From: Amphiscolops sp. MND2022
Taxonomy: Eukaryota
Length of the DNA stretch: 64,000 nucleotides
Assembly: GCA_964187785.1 (NCBI GenBank)
Contig: OZ076409.1
Span: forward strand, 75,084,001-75,148,000
Direction: 5' to 3'
The notes below the pieces were generated by a model. The model did not search any database and was not told where the DNA came from. It was given only the letters and a program-made list of their open reading frames with translations. Shown one piece after another: positions 1-10,384 of the stretch (position 1 is its first letter; the number at the start of each line of letters is the position of its first letter). The position numbers were made by a program, and so were the translations under genes.

Positions 1-645
1 AAACCTTGCAAACTGTCTCAGGAATGCTGTGTGAAATTTTCAGCTCAATCGGACCTAAACTCGGGGAGATATAGCGTTTTTCCGGAGCGGGGGGGTTTCA
101 TTTTTCTAACGGTCCAGCTTATCTTTGCCATTTTTTCGAAAATGCACTCGCCTAAAGGCCTCCCCTGGCCGGTTTTATTCCCAACAAAACCATTTGGCCC
201 TAAATACGGAGTTTCAGCGTTCCAGCATTCCCGGGCGAAAAGTTGTGGGACTTAGAAAAGTTCAAAAATTTTCAAAAAAAATTTTTCCGTTATTTGGGCC
301 CTCAAAGTGGGGGAAGAGACCCCCCAACCAGTAAAGCAAGTGAATGCATGTGGAAAGCCCTTGTTTAGACGAGAAAAATGCCGTTTAGAACGTCTTTTTA
401 TCTTAACTTGACATTGACTTTTGTCGTTTTGAAGGTGACCGTTAGATACGGAAAATTGATGTTTTGAGTATTTATCCCATCTGAAAGCCATTGAGATACA
501 ACATGTTTTGCTCAAAACGTGTTTCATTGCAGTTTCGCTGTCCATTATCACCCTTTGGTGTCTTTTCACGTAATTTTCGTTTCTATAATAACAATTTTTT
601 TGTGTATTTATTCATTTTTTTCTCATCAAATAACTTGAAACAGTT

Positions 646-689
646 GAGTACATTCCATCTCCCTTCCCGGGGGAGATGAGAATGTACTC
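646..689 (+). other. Long internal stem-loop of families A and C (representative copy)
   Basis: GAGTACATTC-CATCTCCC ... GGGAGATG-A-GAATGTACTC: ~18-bp stem with a 1-nt bulge; present in every complete A unit and, degenerate, in C. Confidence 0.9.
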
Positions 690-870
690 GCTAAAGGTCA
701 GGAACTACGGTCTTTATCTTCCACAACACAAAAGGGATTGCAAATGGTTTCAGTTTGTCGCAGAAAATTTCTTTTTGCCCTCTGTGACTCGACAAAATGA
801 ACGTTTCTTACTTACTTTGAAACTCAGCCTACCACAACTCATCTCTAACGTCAGCGCCCCCCTACTTGCA

Positions 871-920
871 TCAACGCCCACCGTCCGTGGGCATGCCGAG
901 GCATGCCCTTCGACGACGTA
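871..920 (+). repeat. Conserved subterminal palindromic box (first of 39 intact or near-intact copies, one per unit end except unit 5)
   Basis: TCAACGCCCACCGTCCGT-GGGCATGCC-GA-GGCATGCCC-TTCGACGACGTA; 9-bp inverted repeat at 889-908, extendable by CGTC/GACG. Confidence 0.95.
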
Positions 921-954
921 TACCAAGATATACCTGGAGCGCGGTAGCCGCTAG

Positions 955-2234
955 GTGGCCGTGTCTTTTCGACGTGCTTTTGCATTGAGGAGTGGGTAGG
1001 GCCCCGCGACGACCTAGAAGAATTGGATGCTCACCGAAACGTGCAGAATTCTACGAGATCTCATAGTTTGAGCCATACGATTTTTCTGAAATTTGGCATG
1101 TGGCCTGGAATTGGTGAGTAGGTAAAACGTGTAGGAGGTAATTTTTCCCAAATTCCATTGTGAGAGGAGATATGGGCAAATAACGGACCCAAAAATGGGG
1201 AAAATGCACTTTTTTCAAGTTTGTCAGCCAATATCTCATTTCCAGGTGCCCGTAGCGTTCCGCACGTGGACATCAATATTGCTCAGCGCTGTTAGAAGAG
1301 TGCGTGGACAAATTTTGGTTCAAATCGGACTGAAACTTGGCGAGAAATTAACGGTTTTTTGGGCGTTTCCGGGGTAAATTTTTTAACGGTCCAGCTTATC
1401 TTTGCCATTTTTTCGAAAATGTACTTGCCTAAAGGCCTCCCCCTGGCCGAATTTCCTCCCAGCAAACCCATTTGGCCCTAAATACGGAGTTTCAGCGTTC
1501 CAGCATTTCCGGGCGAAAAGTTGTGGGACTTAGAAAAATTTCAAAATTTTTCAAAAAATTTTTTTTCCGTTTTCCGCCCCCCCCAGAGGGGAAAAGACCC
1601 CCCAACCAGTATTTTGAGGGATTGCATGTCGAAAGCCCTTGTTTTGACGAGAAAAATACCGTTTAGAACATCTTTTTATTTTAACTTGACGTTGACTAAT
1701 GACGTTTTGAATGTGATGTTTGGACGTGTGAGGCATCTGAAAAGTTGATGTTTTGAGTCTTTATCTCATGTGAAAGCGATTGAGATGCAAGCTGTACTGC
1801 TCAAAACGTCTTTCGTTGTAGTTTTCCAGTGCCGCAATAACCTTTGATGTCATTTGAATATACTTTTCTTCGATATATTAACAATTTTATTGTATTTATT
1901 CCAATTTTTGTTATCTTATAACTCAAAACAGTTGAGTACATTTCATCTCCCTTTCGGGGGAGATGAGAATGTACTCGCTAAAAACCTAGTGCTATTGCGC
2001 CGCAATGATTGCAAAAGTTGTTTTTACTGCTGTTCCACAAGCATTTTTAAACTGACTTTTTTAAAACTATTAATTAACTTAAAGTACATTACTTGAACTT
2101 ACTACTAATACCACCTATCTCTAACGTCAACGCCCCCCTGCTTGCATCAACGCCCACCGTCCGTGGGCATGCCGAGGCATGCCCTTCGACGACGTATGCC
2201 AAATGCCCAGTGCCACGCAGTCTTTTCCCGCTAG
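955..2234 (+). mobile_element. Unit 2, family A subtype A2 (1280 bp)
   Basis: Starts GTGGCCGTGTCTTTTCG, ends TTTTCCCGCTAG; near-identical to unit 20. Confidence 0.7.
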
Positions 2235-3516
2235 GTGGCCGTGTCTTTTCGACGTGCTTTTGCATTGAGGAGTGGGTAGGGCCCCGCGACGACCTAGAAG
2301 AATTGGATGCTCACCGAAACGTGCAGAATTCTACGAGATCTCATAGTTTGAGCCATACGATTTTTCTGAAATTTGGCATGTGGCCTGGAATTGGTGAGTA
2401 GGTAAAACGTGTAAAAGGTAATTTTTCCCAAATTCCACTGTGAGAGGAGATATGGGCAAATAACGGACCCAAAAATGGCAAAAATGCACATTTTTCAACT
2501 TTGTCAGCCAATATCTCTTTTCCAGGTGCCCGTAGCGTTCCGCACGTGGACATCAATATTGCTCAGCGCTGTTGGAGGAGTGCGTGGACAAATTTTGGTT
2601 TAAATCGGACTTAAACTTGACGAGAAATTAACGGTTTTTTGGGCGTTTCCGGGGTAAATTTTTTAACGGTCCAGCTTATCTTTGCCATTTTTTCGAAAAT
2701 GTACATGCCTAAAGGCCTCCCCCTGGCCGAATTTACTCCCAGCAAACCCATTTGGCCCTAAATACGGAGTTTCAGCGTTCCAGCATTCCGGGGCGGAAAG
2801 TTGTGGGACTTGGAAAAATTTCAATTTTTTTTCAAAAATTTTTTTTCCCGTTTTCCGGGCCCCCAATGAAGGGGAACGACCCCCCAACCAGTATTTTGAG
2901 TGAATTCATGTGGAAAGCCCATGTTTGGAGGAGAAAAATGCCGTTTAGCACATCTTTTTATCTTAACTTGACATTGACTTATGACGTTTTGAATGTGATG
3001 TTAGGATATATGAAGCATGTTAAAAGTTGAAGTTTTGAGTCTTTATCTCATCGGAAAACCATTGAGATACAAGCAGTTTTGCTAAAAACGATTTTCATTG
3101 TAGGTTAGCAGAGTATTAGTACACTTTGATGTCATTTGAGTATATTTTTCTTCTATATAATAACTGTTTTTATGTATTTATTCCAATTTATCTCATCTTT
3201 TAACATCAAGCAGTTGAGTACATTTCATCTCCCTTTCGGGGGAGATGAGAATGTACTCGCTAAAAACCTAATGCTATGGCGCCAATGTTTGGATGGGAAG
3301 TTTTCTATGCTTTGAAAAAAGTTATTTTTAATTACTTGATTTTTTAAAACAATAATTAACATGAAGTACATTACTTGCTCCTACTACTACCACCATACAT
3401 CTCTAACGTCAACGCCCCCTGCTTGCATCAACGCCCCATCGTCCGTGGGCATGCCGAGGCATGCCCTTCGACGACGTATGCCAAATGCCCAGTGCCACGC
3501 AGTCTTTTCCCGCTAG
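2235..3516 (+). mobile_element. Unit 3, family A subtype A2 (1282 bp)
   Basis: Same head and terminal tip as unit 2, diverged 3' body. Confidence 0.7.
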
Positions 3517-4788
3517 GTGCCGGTGTATTTTTACACAATGGGGGATGTTGCGCGTGTGGGGAGGGTCCCTGACGCGCTTCCGTGGTTTCGGGTCTTCTAA
3601 CCTATGATAGCGTGACACCTGACTTCGATCTCGTAAACTAGCCGTACGATTTGGCTGAAATTTGGCACACGTACCCCCCTCGGCACGGTGAAGATGATTT
3701 CCTACTGACGTTTTTCCCGCTAAACATTTTTTGTTGACCAAAATAACGGTTTTTGGGGTAAAATTTTCAACTTTTTTTAAATTTCATCTTATATCTCGCC
3801 ACGGGTACACGCTAGCGCTTCCAAATCCTGCTGACGAAAGCTGGCAAACTGTCTGAGGAATGCTGTGTGAAATTTTCAGCTCAATCGGACTCAAACTCGG
3901 GGAGATATAGCGTTTTTCCGGAGCGGGGGGGTTTCATTTTTCTAACGGTCCAGCTTATCTTTGCCATTTTTTTGAAAATGCACTTGCCTAAAGGCCTCCC
4001 CTGGCCGGTTCTATTCCCAGCAAAACCATTTGGCCCTAAATACGGAGTTTCAGCGTTCCAGCATTCCCGGGCGAAAAGTTGTGGGACTTAGAAAAGTTCA
4101 AAAATTTTCAAAAAAATTTTTTCCGTTATTTGGGCCCTCAAAGTGGGGGAAAAGACCCCCCAACCAGTAAAGCAAGTGAATGCATGTGGAAAGCCCTTGT
4201 TTAGACGAGAAAAATGCCGTTTAGAACGTCTTTTTATCTTAACTTGACATTGACTTTTGTCGTTTTGAAGGTGACCGTTATATACGGAAAATTGAAGTTT
4301 TGAGTATTTATCCCATCTGAAAGCCATTGAGATACAACATGTTTTGCTCAAAACGTGTTTCATTGCAGTTTCGCTGTCCATTATCACCCTTTGGTGTCTT
4401 TTCACGTAATTTTCGTTTCTATAATAACAATTTTTTTGTGTATTTATTCATTTTTTTCTCATCAAATAACTTGAAACAGTTGAGTACATTCCATCTCCCT
4501 TCCCGGGGGAGATGAGAATGTACTCGCTAAAGGTCAGGAACTACGGTCTATATCTTCCACAACACAAAAGAGATTGCAAATGGTTTCAGTTTGTCGCAGA
4601 AAACTTCTTTTTGCACTCTGTGACTCGACAAAGTGAACGTTTCTTACTTACTTTGAATCTCACCATACCACAACTCATCTCTAACGTCAGCGCCCCCTAC
4701 TTGCATCAACGCCCACCGTCCGTGGGCATGCCGAGGCATGCCCTTCGACGACGTATAACAAAATATATTCGAACGCGGTAGCTGCTAG
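3517..4788 (+). mobile_element. Unit 4, family A subtype A1 (1272 bp)
   Basis: Starts GTGCCGG, body near-identical to unit 1, conserved box, ends GCGGTAGCTGCTAG. Confidence 0.7.
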
Positions 4789-5858
4789 GTGGTCAAGGGG
4801 GATGCCCATCAGAAAATATTGCGAGGCCGGGGAGGGTCCCGAGAGCCGAGCACATTCTATCAATTCCTACCTTCAGGATTGCGAAGTATTTTAACCGATC
4901 TCGAAATTCACCCGTAGGATTTGTCTGAAACTTTGCATGTGGCTTTATCTAAAAAATTTAAGAATTTTTTTCTTCTGACGTTTTTCCAGGAAAATTCATT
5001 TTGTAGGGTTTTTTTGCGTTTTTTTGGTTTTTTTCATCTTTTTTCATCTTTGATTAATCAATGACCGAATCAAAGGCCATTTCCACCATGAAGGAAAGCC
5101 CGTAGCGGCAAAGTGCACATTTATGAAAATCATCAACGGTCAACGGTCTTTCGAACGGTCCGAAAAAATTTTCCCCCGGGGGAAACCAAAGTGCCGAAAA
5201 GTGCCAAAATTATTTTTTTGACTGAATCACTTTGATCAAATTGATGATTTGAGCAGCCGGAACGGTCCGCACGGTCTCGGACAATAAGGTTAAAAATTGT
5301 CAGCATCCAATGGGGGTTCCAGAAATGTAATTCGTTCACCTGTAGGAGACATCAGAAAAAAGTTGATTTTTTGGGGTATATGTCATTATGAGTGATTGGA
5401 TGAGAAATAATTGTATCACTTTCAGTTGGATATGATGCAGCACAGGAAGCAGCTGCAGCAAACTTGAAACTGATTATGGGGCTGGGGTTTACCCTCTGTA
5501 TCGAGCAAAATAGCCCTAGGGCATAAGTTGTGCCAAAAAATGCCTCAAAGTGATGATTTGGTTATTGCAAATCGATCAGCAAAATTTATTGTCACCGGTG
5601 TTCCGAGAGTTGCGCAGCATCTCGCAGGAACAACGGTGCTTGCTTAGAAAGCAAAAAACCACAAAATCCCTTGAGTTAAGTTGACGGCAGTCACAATAGA
5701 CATTCACTCGTCAGGGTGATGATATTTATCGTTCAATCCCAGAATAACTTACAAAAAATTGCTAGCCTCAATATTTCTTTTTCATACTCCATTAGCAAAG
5801 GTTGCGCTGTTAAGTTTAGGCCTTTTACTAGCAGTGCTCTAAATCGCTCCATCGCTAG
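4789..5858 (+). mobile_element. Unit 5, singleton family E (1070 bp), lacks the GGGCATGCC box
   Basis: Bounded by CTAG|GTG on both sides; keeps the 5' motifs GGGGAGGGTCCC (4829-4840) and GATCTC...TGAAACTTTGCA; body otherwise unique. Confidence 0.65.
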
Positions 5859-7124
5859 GTGCCGGGATTTCCATTCGATAAGGAATTCTGCGCGTGTGGG
5901 TAGGGCCCCTGGCGCGCTCCTGTGTTTTCGGTTTTCCTACTCCTAAATAGGCCCCCTGAATTCCGGGATCTCCTAAACTATCCATACGATTTGGCTGAAA
6001 TTTGGCACACAGCCCCGTTGGAACATTGTAAGAACAAATCCCTACTGACGTTTTGCCCGCTAAACATTTTTTGTTGGTCAAAAATGCAATTTTCCGACAA
6101 AATTTTTGACTTTTTTTCAAGTTACAGTCTATATCTCGTCCCAGGGTTACGCTAGCGGTCCCAAACCCCAGTCGGAAAAGTTCGTAAACTGTCTCAGGAA
6201 TGCGGTGTCAAATTTTCAGGTCAATCGGACTTAAACTCAGCGACTTAGAGCGTTTTTTAGGTGCATTTTTTGACATTTTTTGCGTTTTTCGATTTATCTC
6301 TGCCGTTTTTTGCCCAGATTTTTTTTGAGACACTCTCCTAAAGACCTCCCCTGGCCGGTTTACCTCCCAGCAAAACCATTTGGCCCTAAATACGAAGTTT
6401 CAGCGTTCTAGCATTCCTGGGCGAAAAGTTGTGGGACTTAGAAAAATTTTTTGGGTACGCAAAATGTGTAAAGTCAACTTCAGGCCTCCCAAAGTCAAGA
6501 AACTTCCACACAACTAGTATTGCAAGTGAATGCATGTGGAAAGTACTCGGATAGACAAGAAAAATGAGCTATAGAACGACTCTGTAGCTCAACCTGACGT
6601 TGACTTATGATGTTTTGAATGTGTGCTTGCTAAGGGGTCCGAAACTGAAAATTTTTAAAGAAAATTAATATCGTCAAAAATTCATCGGAATGCCTGCAAT
6701 ATACAGTAGAGCGTGATCAATTGTAGCTGACTAATGCATCAACGCCGTTCAAGGTCTTTTAACTCAGTTTCAAATTTTTTTACACTGTATTATTCATCCG
6801 AGAGCACAAAACAGTTGAGTACATTCCATCTCCCCTCCGTGGGAGATGAGAATGTACTCGCTAAAGTCCAGGTGCTACAGCCCATATTTGTTTTTTTTGC
6901 GGCGCTATTTATGCTAGTGCGCACACGTATTAACTTTTTACCTGATTTTACTTTTGTCAGTACTTTTACTTTGACTTGACATATACTGAACATTATGTCC
7001 TTCTATCATACACATGACTAACGTCAACGCCCCATCCTTGCTTCAACGCCCACCGTCCGTGGGCATGCCGAGGCATGCCCTTCGACGACGTATGCCAAAG
7101 ATATTCCCGAGCGCGTTAGCCTAG
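5859..7124 (+). mobile_element. Unit 6, family A mosaic (1266 bp)
   Basis: A1-like 5' part (AAACTGTCTCAGGAATGC), 3' body like units 10, 11 and 22; box and CTAG end. Confidence 0.7.
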
Positions 7125-8397
7125 GTGGCCGCGTCTTTTAGATGGACTTTTAGCCCTGAGGCGCGGGTAGGGTCCTGCGCCGACCTGGTGAAAATATACT
7201 CCTGGCAAATGGCCCGAATCGGAGACGATCTCAAAACTGGCCCGTACGATTTTCCTGAAAATTTGCATGTGGCCCCCAATTGGCGAGCAATGAAAAAGTG
7301 TAGGAGGTCATTTTCTCCTGGTTTCATTGTGAGACGAGATATATGAAAAAAAATGACCCCAAAATGACGAAATTTTCACTTTTTGACCAAAAATGTGACA
7401 TTATCTCCTCAGACAAGGCTCGGAGCAAAATTTGTCAGAACCCAAACCTGCAGCAGACTGTTAGAGCAGTGCACACAGTAAGTTTGAAGGAAATCGGATA
7501 ATCACATGTGGAGAAATTGACGTTTTTCCGGCGAAATTTTTCGCAAATGCAGTCTATCTCTGCCGTTTTTTGCCCAAAATTTTTCCGAGACCCTCTCCTA
7601 AAGGCCTCCCCTGGCCCATTTTCCTCCCAAAAAAACCATTTGGCCCTAAATACGAGGTTTCAGTGTTGCAGCATTCCCCAGTGAAAAGTTATGGGACTTA
7701 GAACTTTTTCAAAAATTTTCAAAATTTTTCTAAAAAAGATCAGGCCGCCCAAAGTGAAGAAACTTCCACACAACTAGTATTGCAAGTGAATGCATGTGGA
7801 AAGCCCTGCACTTGACGAGAAAAATGCCGTTTAGAACGTCTTTTTATCTTAACTTGATGTTGACTTATGATCTTTTGAGTAGCGTATAACACGTGATCAC
7901 AGTAGTGAAAATCCTAATTTTCAATAATTTTCCAACAATAACGCATGAAAAAAACCTGGAAAAGGTTCCGATGGGTCAATTGGGATGTCTGAAGCATGTG
8001 TACATTCCCGTAGTGTATACTGGATGTATTTGGGACTTATTAGAAATTGTGATACATTTTATACAAGTCTTTGTTTCTCTTAGAATCTTATGCAGTTGAG
8101 TACATTGCATCTCCCTCTCAGGGGAGATGTGAATGTACGTTTGCCAAATGCCTTGTGAAGTGCACATGTTTGATGGACTTAACTAAGTAATCAAGTGTGA
8201 GTCGCGTTTGCCGCATCGCTACAGCAAAAAAAAACTAAAACTTTAGTCAGATTGAATGGTTTTTGTCGTTAGTGTTTCTTCTTGTATAGCCGACTTCCAC
8301 ATCCAATTATCAACGCCCACCGTCCGTAGGCATGCCGAGGCATGCCTTTCGACGACGTATGCCAAATACCCAATGCCACACAGTCTTTCCCCGCTAG
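7125..8397 (+). mobile_element. Unit 7, family A subtype A3 (1273 bp)
   Basis: Starts GTGGCCGCGTCTTTT; close relative of unit 35; box variant AGGCATGCC-GA-GGCATGCCT. Confidence 0.7.
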
Positions 8398-10384
8398 ATG
8401 GGCGGGGGTAATTCCCCTTCAAAAAATTCGGCCGGCGGGTTGGGTCCTGCCGGACGTCAAATAGTGTGAAACATCCAGTAGGAAACGGCGACATAAATCA
8501 GCGATTTTAAAATTTAACCGTTAGAATTCGGACTTGGAGTGCATGCGGCCCCAAAATTCCCATACGAATCGAAGTTCCTGCTGACGTTAAGCGATAAAAA
8601 CATTTTATAAAAAGTTATGGCCCATTTTACGTTCACCTATGAGGGTAAAATGAGGAAAATTTTTACAAAGTCGCTGATAACTCAAAATACATTGTTTTTT
8701 GGCTTTTGACTGTGAAACAAGCTTATAACCTTCATTTCGTGGCTGTGGCATTGCACTGAACACAAAAGATGTAAAGTTTTTACATTTTTCGAAAATTCGA
8801 CATTTTTGATTTTTTTTTCACTACTATCAGTACACTATATGTCAAAAACACCTCTGAAAAAGTTTTTTATTTGCTTTAAATTGGAAACCTTGGTATCCAT
8901 GGTTTCTGTCGGAATCTACTCGCTGCCAAACACCCAACAGTTTGCATCCAATGTGAATTTAAAATTTTTTTCGAGGTCATAAGGGTTTCACAAGGTTTTC
9001 ATAACATAGTATTAAACTACAAACTGGTCATTTTCAACATAATATCTTTGTCGAGGCATGTCGGATATAGTCCTATTGCTCACGAACGGTCCTACTGGCA
9101 ACGTAATAACCATTTATAGAAATGTAAAGTTATAAAAAAAATTTTTCACCCGGTCTTCAGTCATTTTTCAGTCATTCGGAACTTAACTTAGAAAAATTTC
9201 GACCAAAATATCCATTTTTTGTCAGGTCGAAAAATCAAATTCAGATTTTTAAGCAAAATTATTAACTCTGACGTAACCCATGGGGCTCATGATACTCAAA
9301 ACAACGATTGACACTGGTATCAATGGCTCCAATAACATATGAGTCGCGATAAGACGTTATTTTGAGCATTACGTCTCAATTGAGGTAAAGATCTCGCAAG
9401 CCAGCGATCACTGTGAAATGTAATTTCATCAAAAATTTACTCTTTTTTGTCAATCACTATGTGCACAGAATGCGTAGGGTGCGTTTCAGCACTATAATGA
9501 GGTTTTTGAAGGCATCGAGTTGCTCAAGGGGTGGTATGAGACACTTTTGTCCCATATACTACTGTATTTTCCAAAATTTTTAGCCCAATATCTGGAAATA
9601 CAAACTTGACAAAATACTTTCAACTACTTTATTCAAAGGTTACAATATAGATGAACACTGTGGTTGATCAGAAACTTTCATCTCTTTCGTTTTCCGAAAT
9701 ATTTCCCTTCGCATGTGTTACATTCGTAGCAGAAAAAAAAATCGAAACTGAAAAATACGCAATTTTGCTAATATAGAATCGCAATGATTGTGCCTAAAAA
9801 CTCTTTAAACACTTCTAACGCAACCTTACGCACCCAAAATGATCGAAAATGCTATTCACAATGGTGACATGTGCTCTTTCTACGATCCTGGCTGGACAAG
9901 GTTTGCATATTTTTCAAGTACCTGTCAGCTAAATCTTGTGATAGCCTTTTCAGTTGGCCTTGTGTCAACTTGGGAAGGCTATCACATCAAAAAACCATCA
10001 ACAAAAATAATTTTTGTTTATTGGATCTTACAGTCGATACTTTTTTTCGTGATTCTATACTACCGTTAGTAAATTTCCTCAGGTCACCTTACGATTGCAT
10101 TCAGTCTTTGATAAAAACCTCTGAACTCAAAGTCACATTTTTATATTTTTTTGCCAAAAAATAACATCAAAAATATCTAAAATATATAAAATAGAGTCTT
10201 TAACATTTTTACGTTTCAAGTTTTTGCCGTTATTAGGTCAATCAACGTCCTAGAGCCACGCTCTCTGTCATACTGTACAACGCCACATAGTGTTTCGACG
10301 TTCACAGTCTGTGGGCATGCCGAGGCATGCCCTTCGACGACGTATGCCGAATACCGCGGGCCTACGCCCGCGCTCCCCGGCTAG
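8398..10384 (+). mobile_element. Unit 8, singleton family F (1987 bp)
   Basis: Starts ATGGGCG (only non-GTG start); unique AT-rich body; conserved box, then perfect hairpin CGCGGGC-CTAC-GCCCGCG (10355-10372) 12 nt before the end of the terminal CTAG. Confidence 0.7.

Larger units (their letters stand above)
1..954 (+). mobile_element. Unit 1, family A (cut by window start), non-autonomous Helitron-like cassette
   Basis: Long hairpin 646-689, palindromic box 889-908, ends GCGGTAGCCGCTAG; body matches units 4 and 14. Confidence 0.7.

Noticed and set aside
876..892. Alternative hairpin GCCCAC-CGTCC-GTGGGC overlapping the box, as a conformational switch
   Set aside because: It is disrupted without compensation in many copies (CGCCCCCCGTCC and GTAGGC variants), unlike the main palindrome.
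878..958. CCACC in the box as a subterminal inverted repeat of the junction GGTGG (Helentron/Helitron2-type)
   Set aside because: Only 5 nt, absent in the CCCCCC box variants, and not correlated with whether the adjacent unit starts GTGG or GTGC.
955..2234. TIR DNA transposon/MITE, LTR or SINE identity for the units
   Set aside because: No terminal inverted repeats, TSDs, TG...CA ends, poly(A) tails or recognisable pol III A/B boxes.
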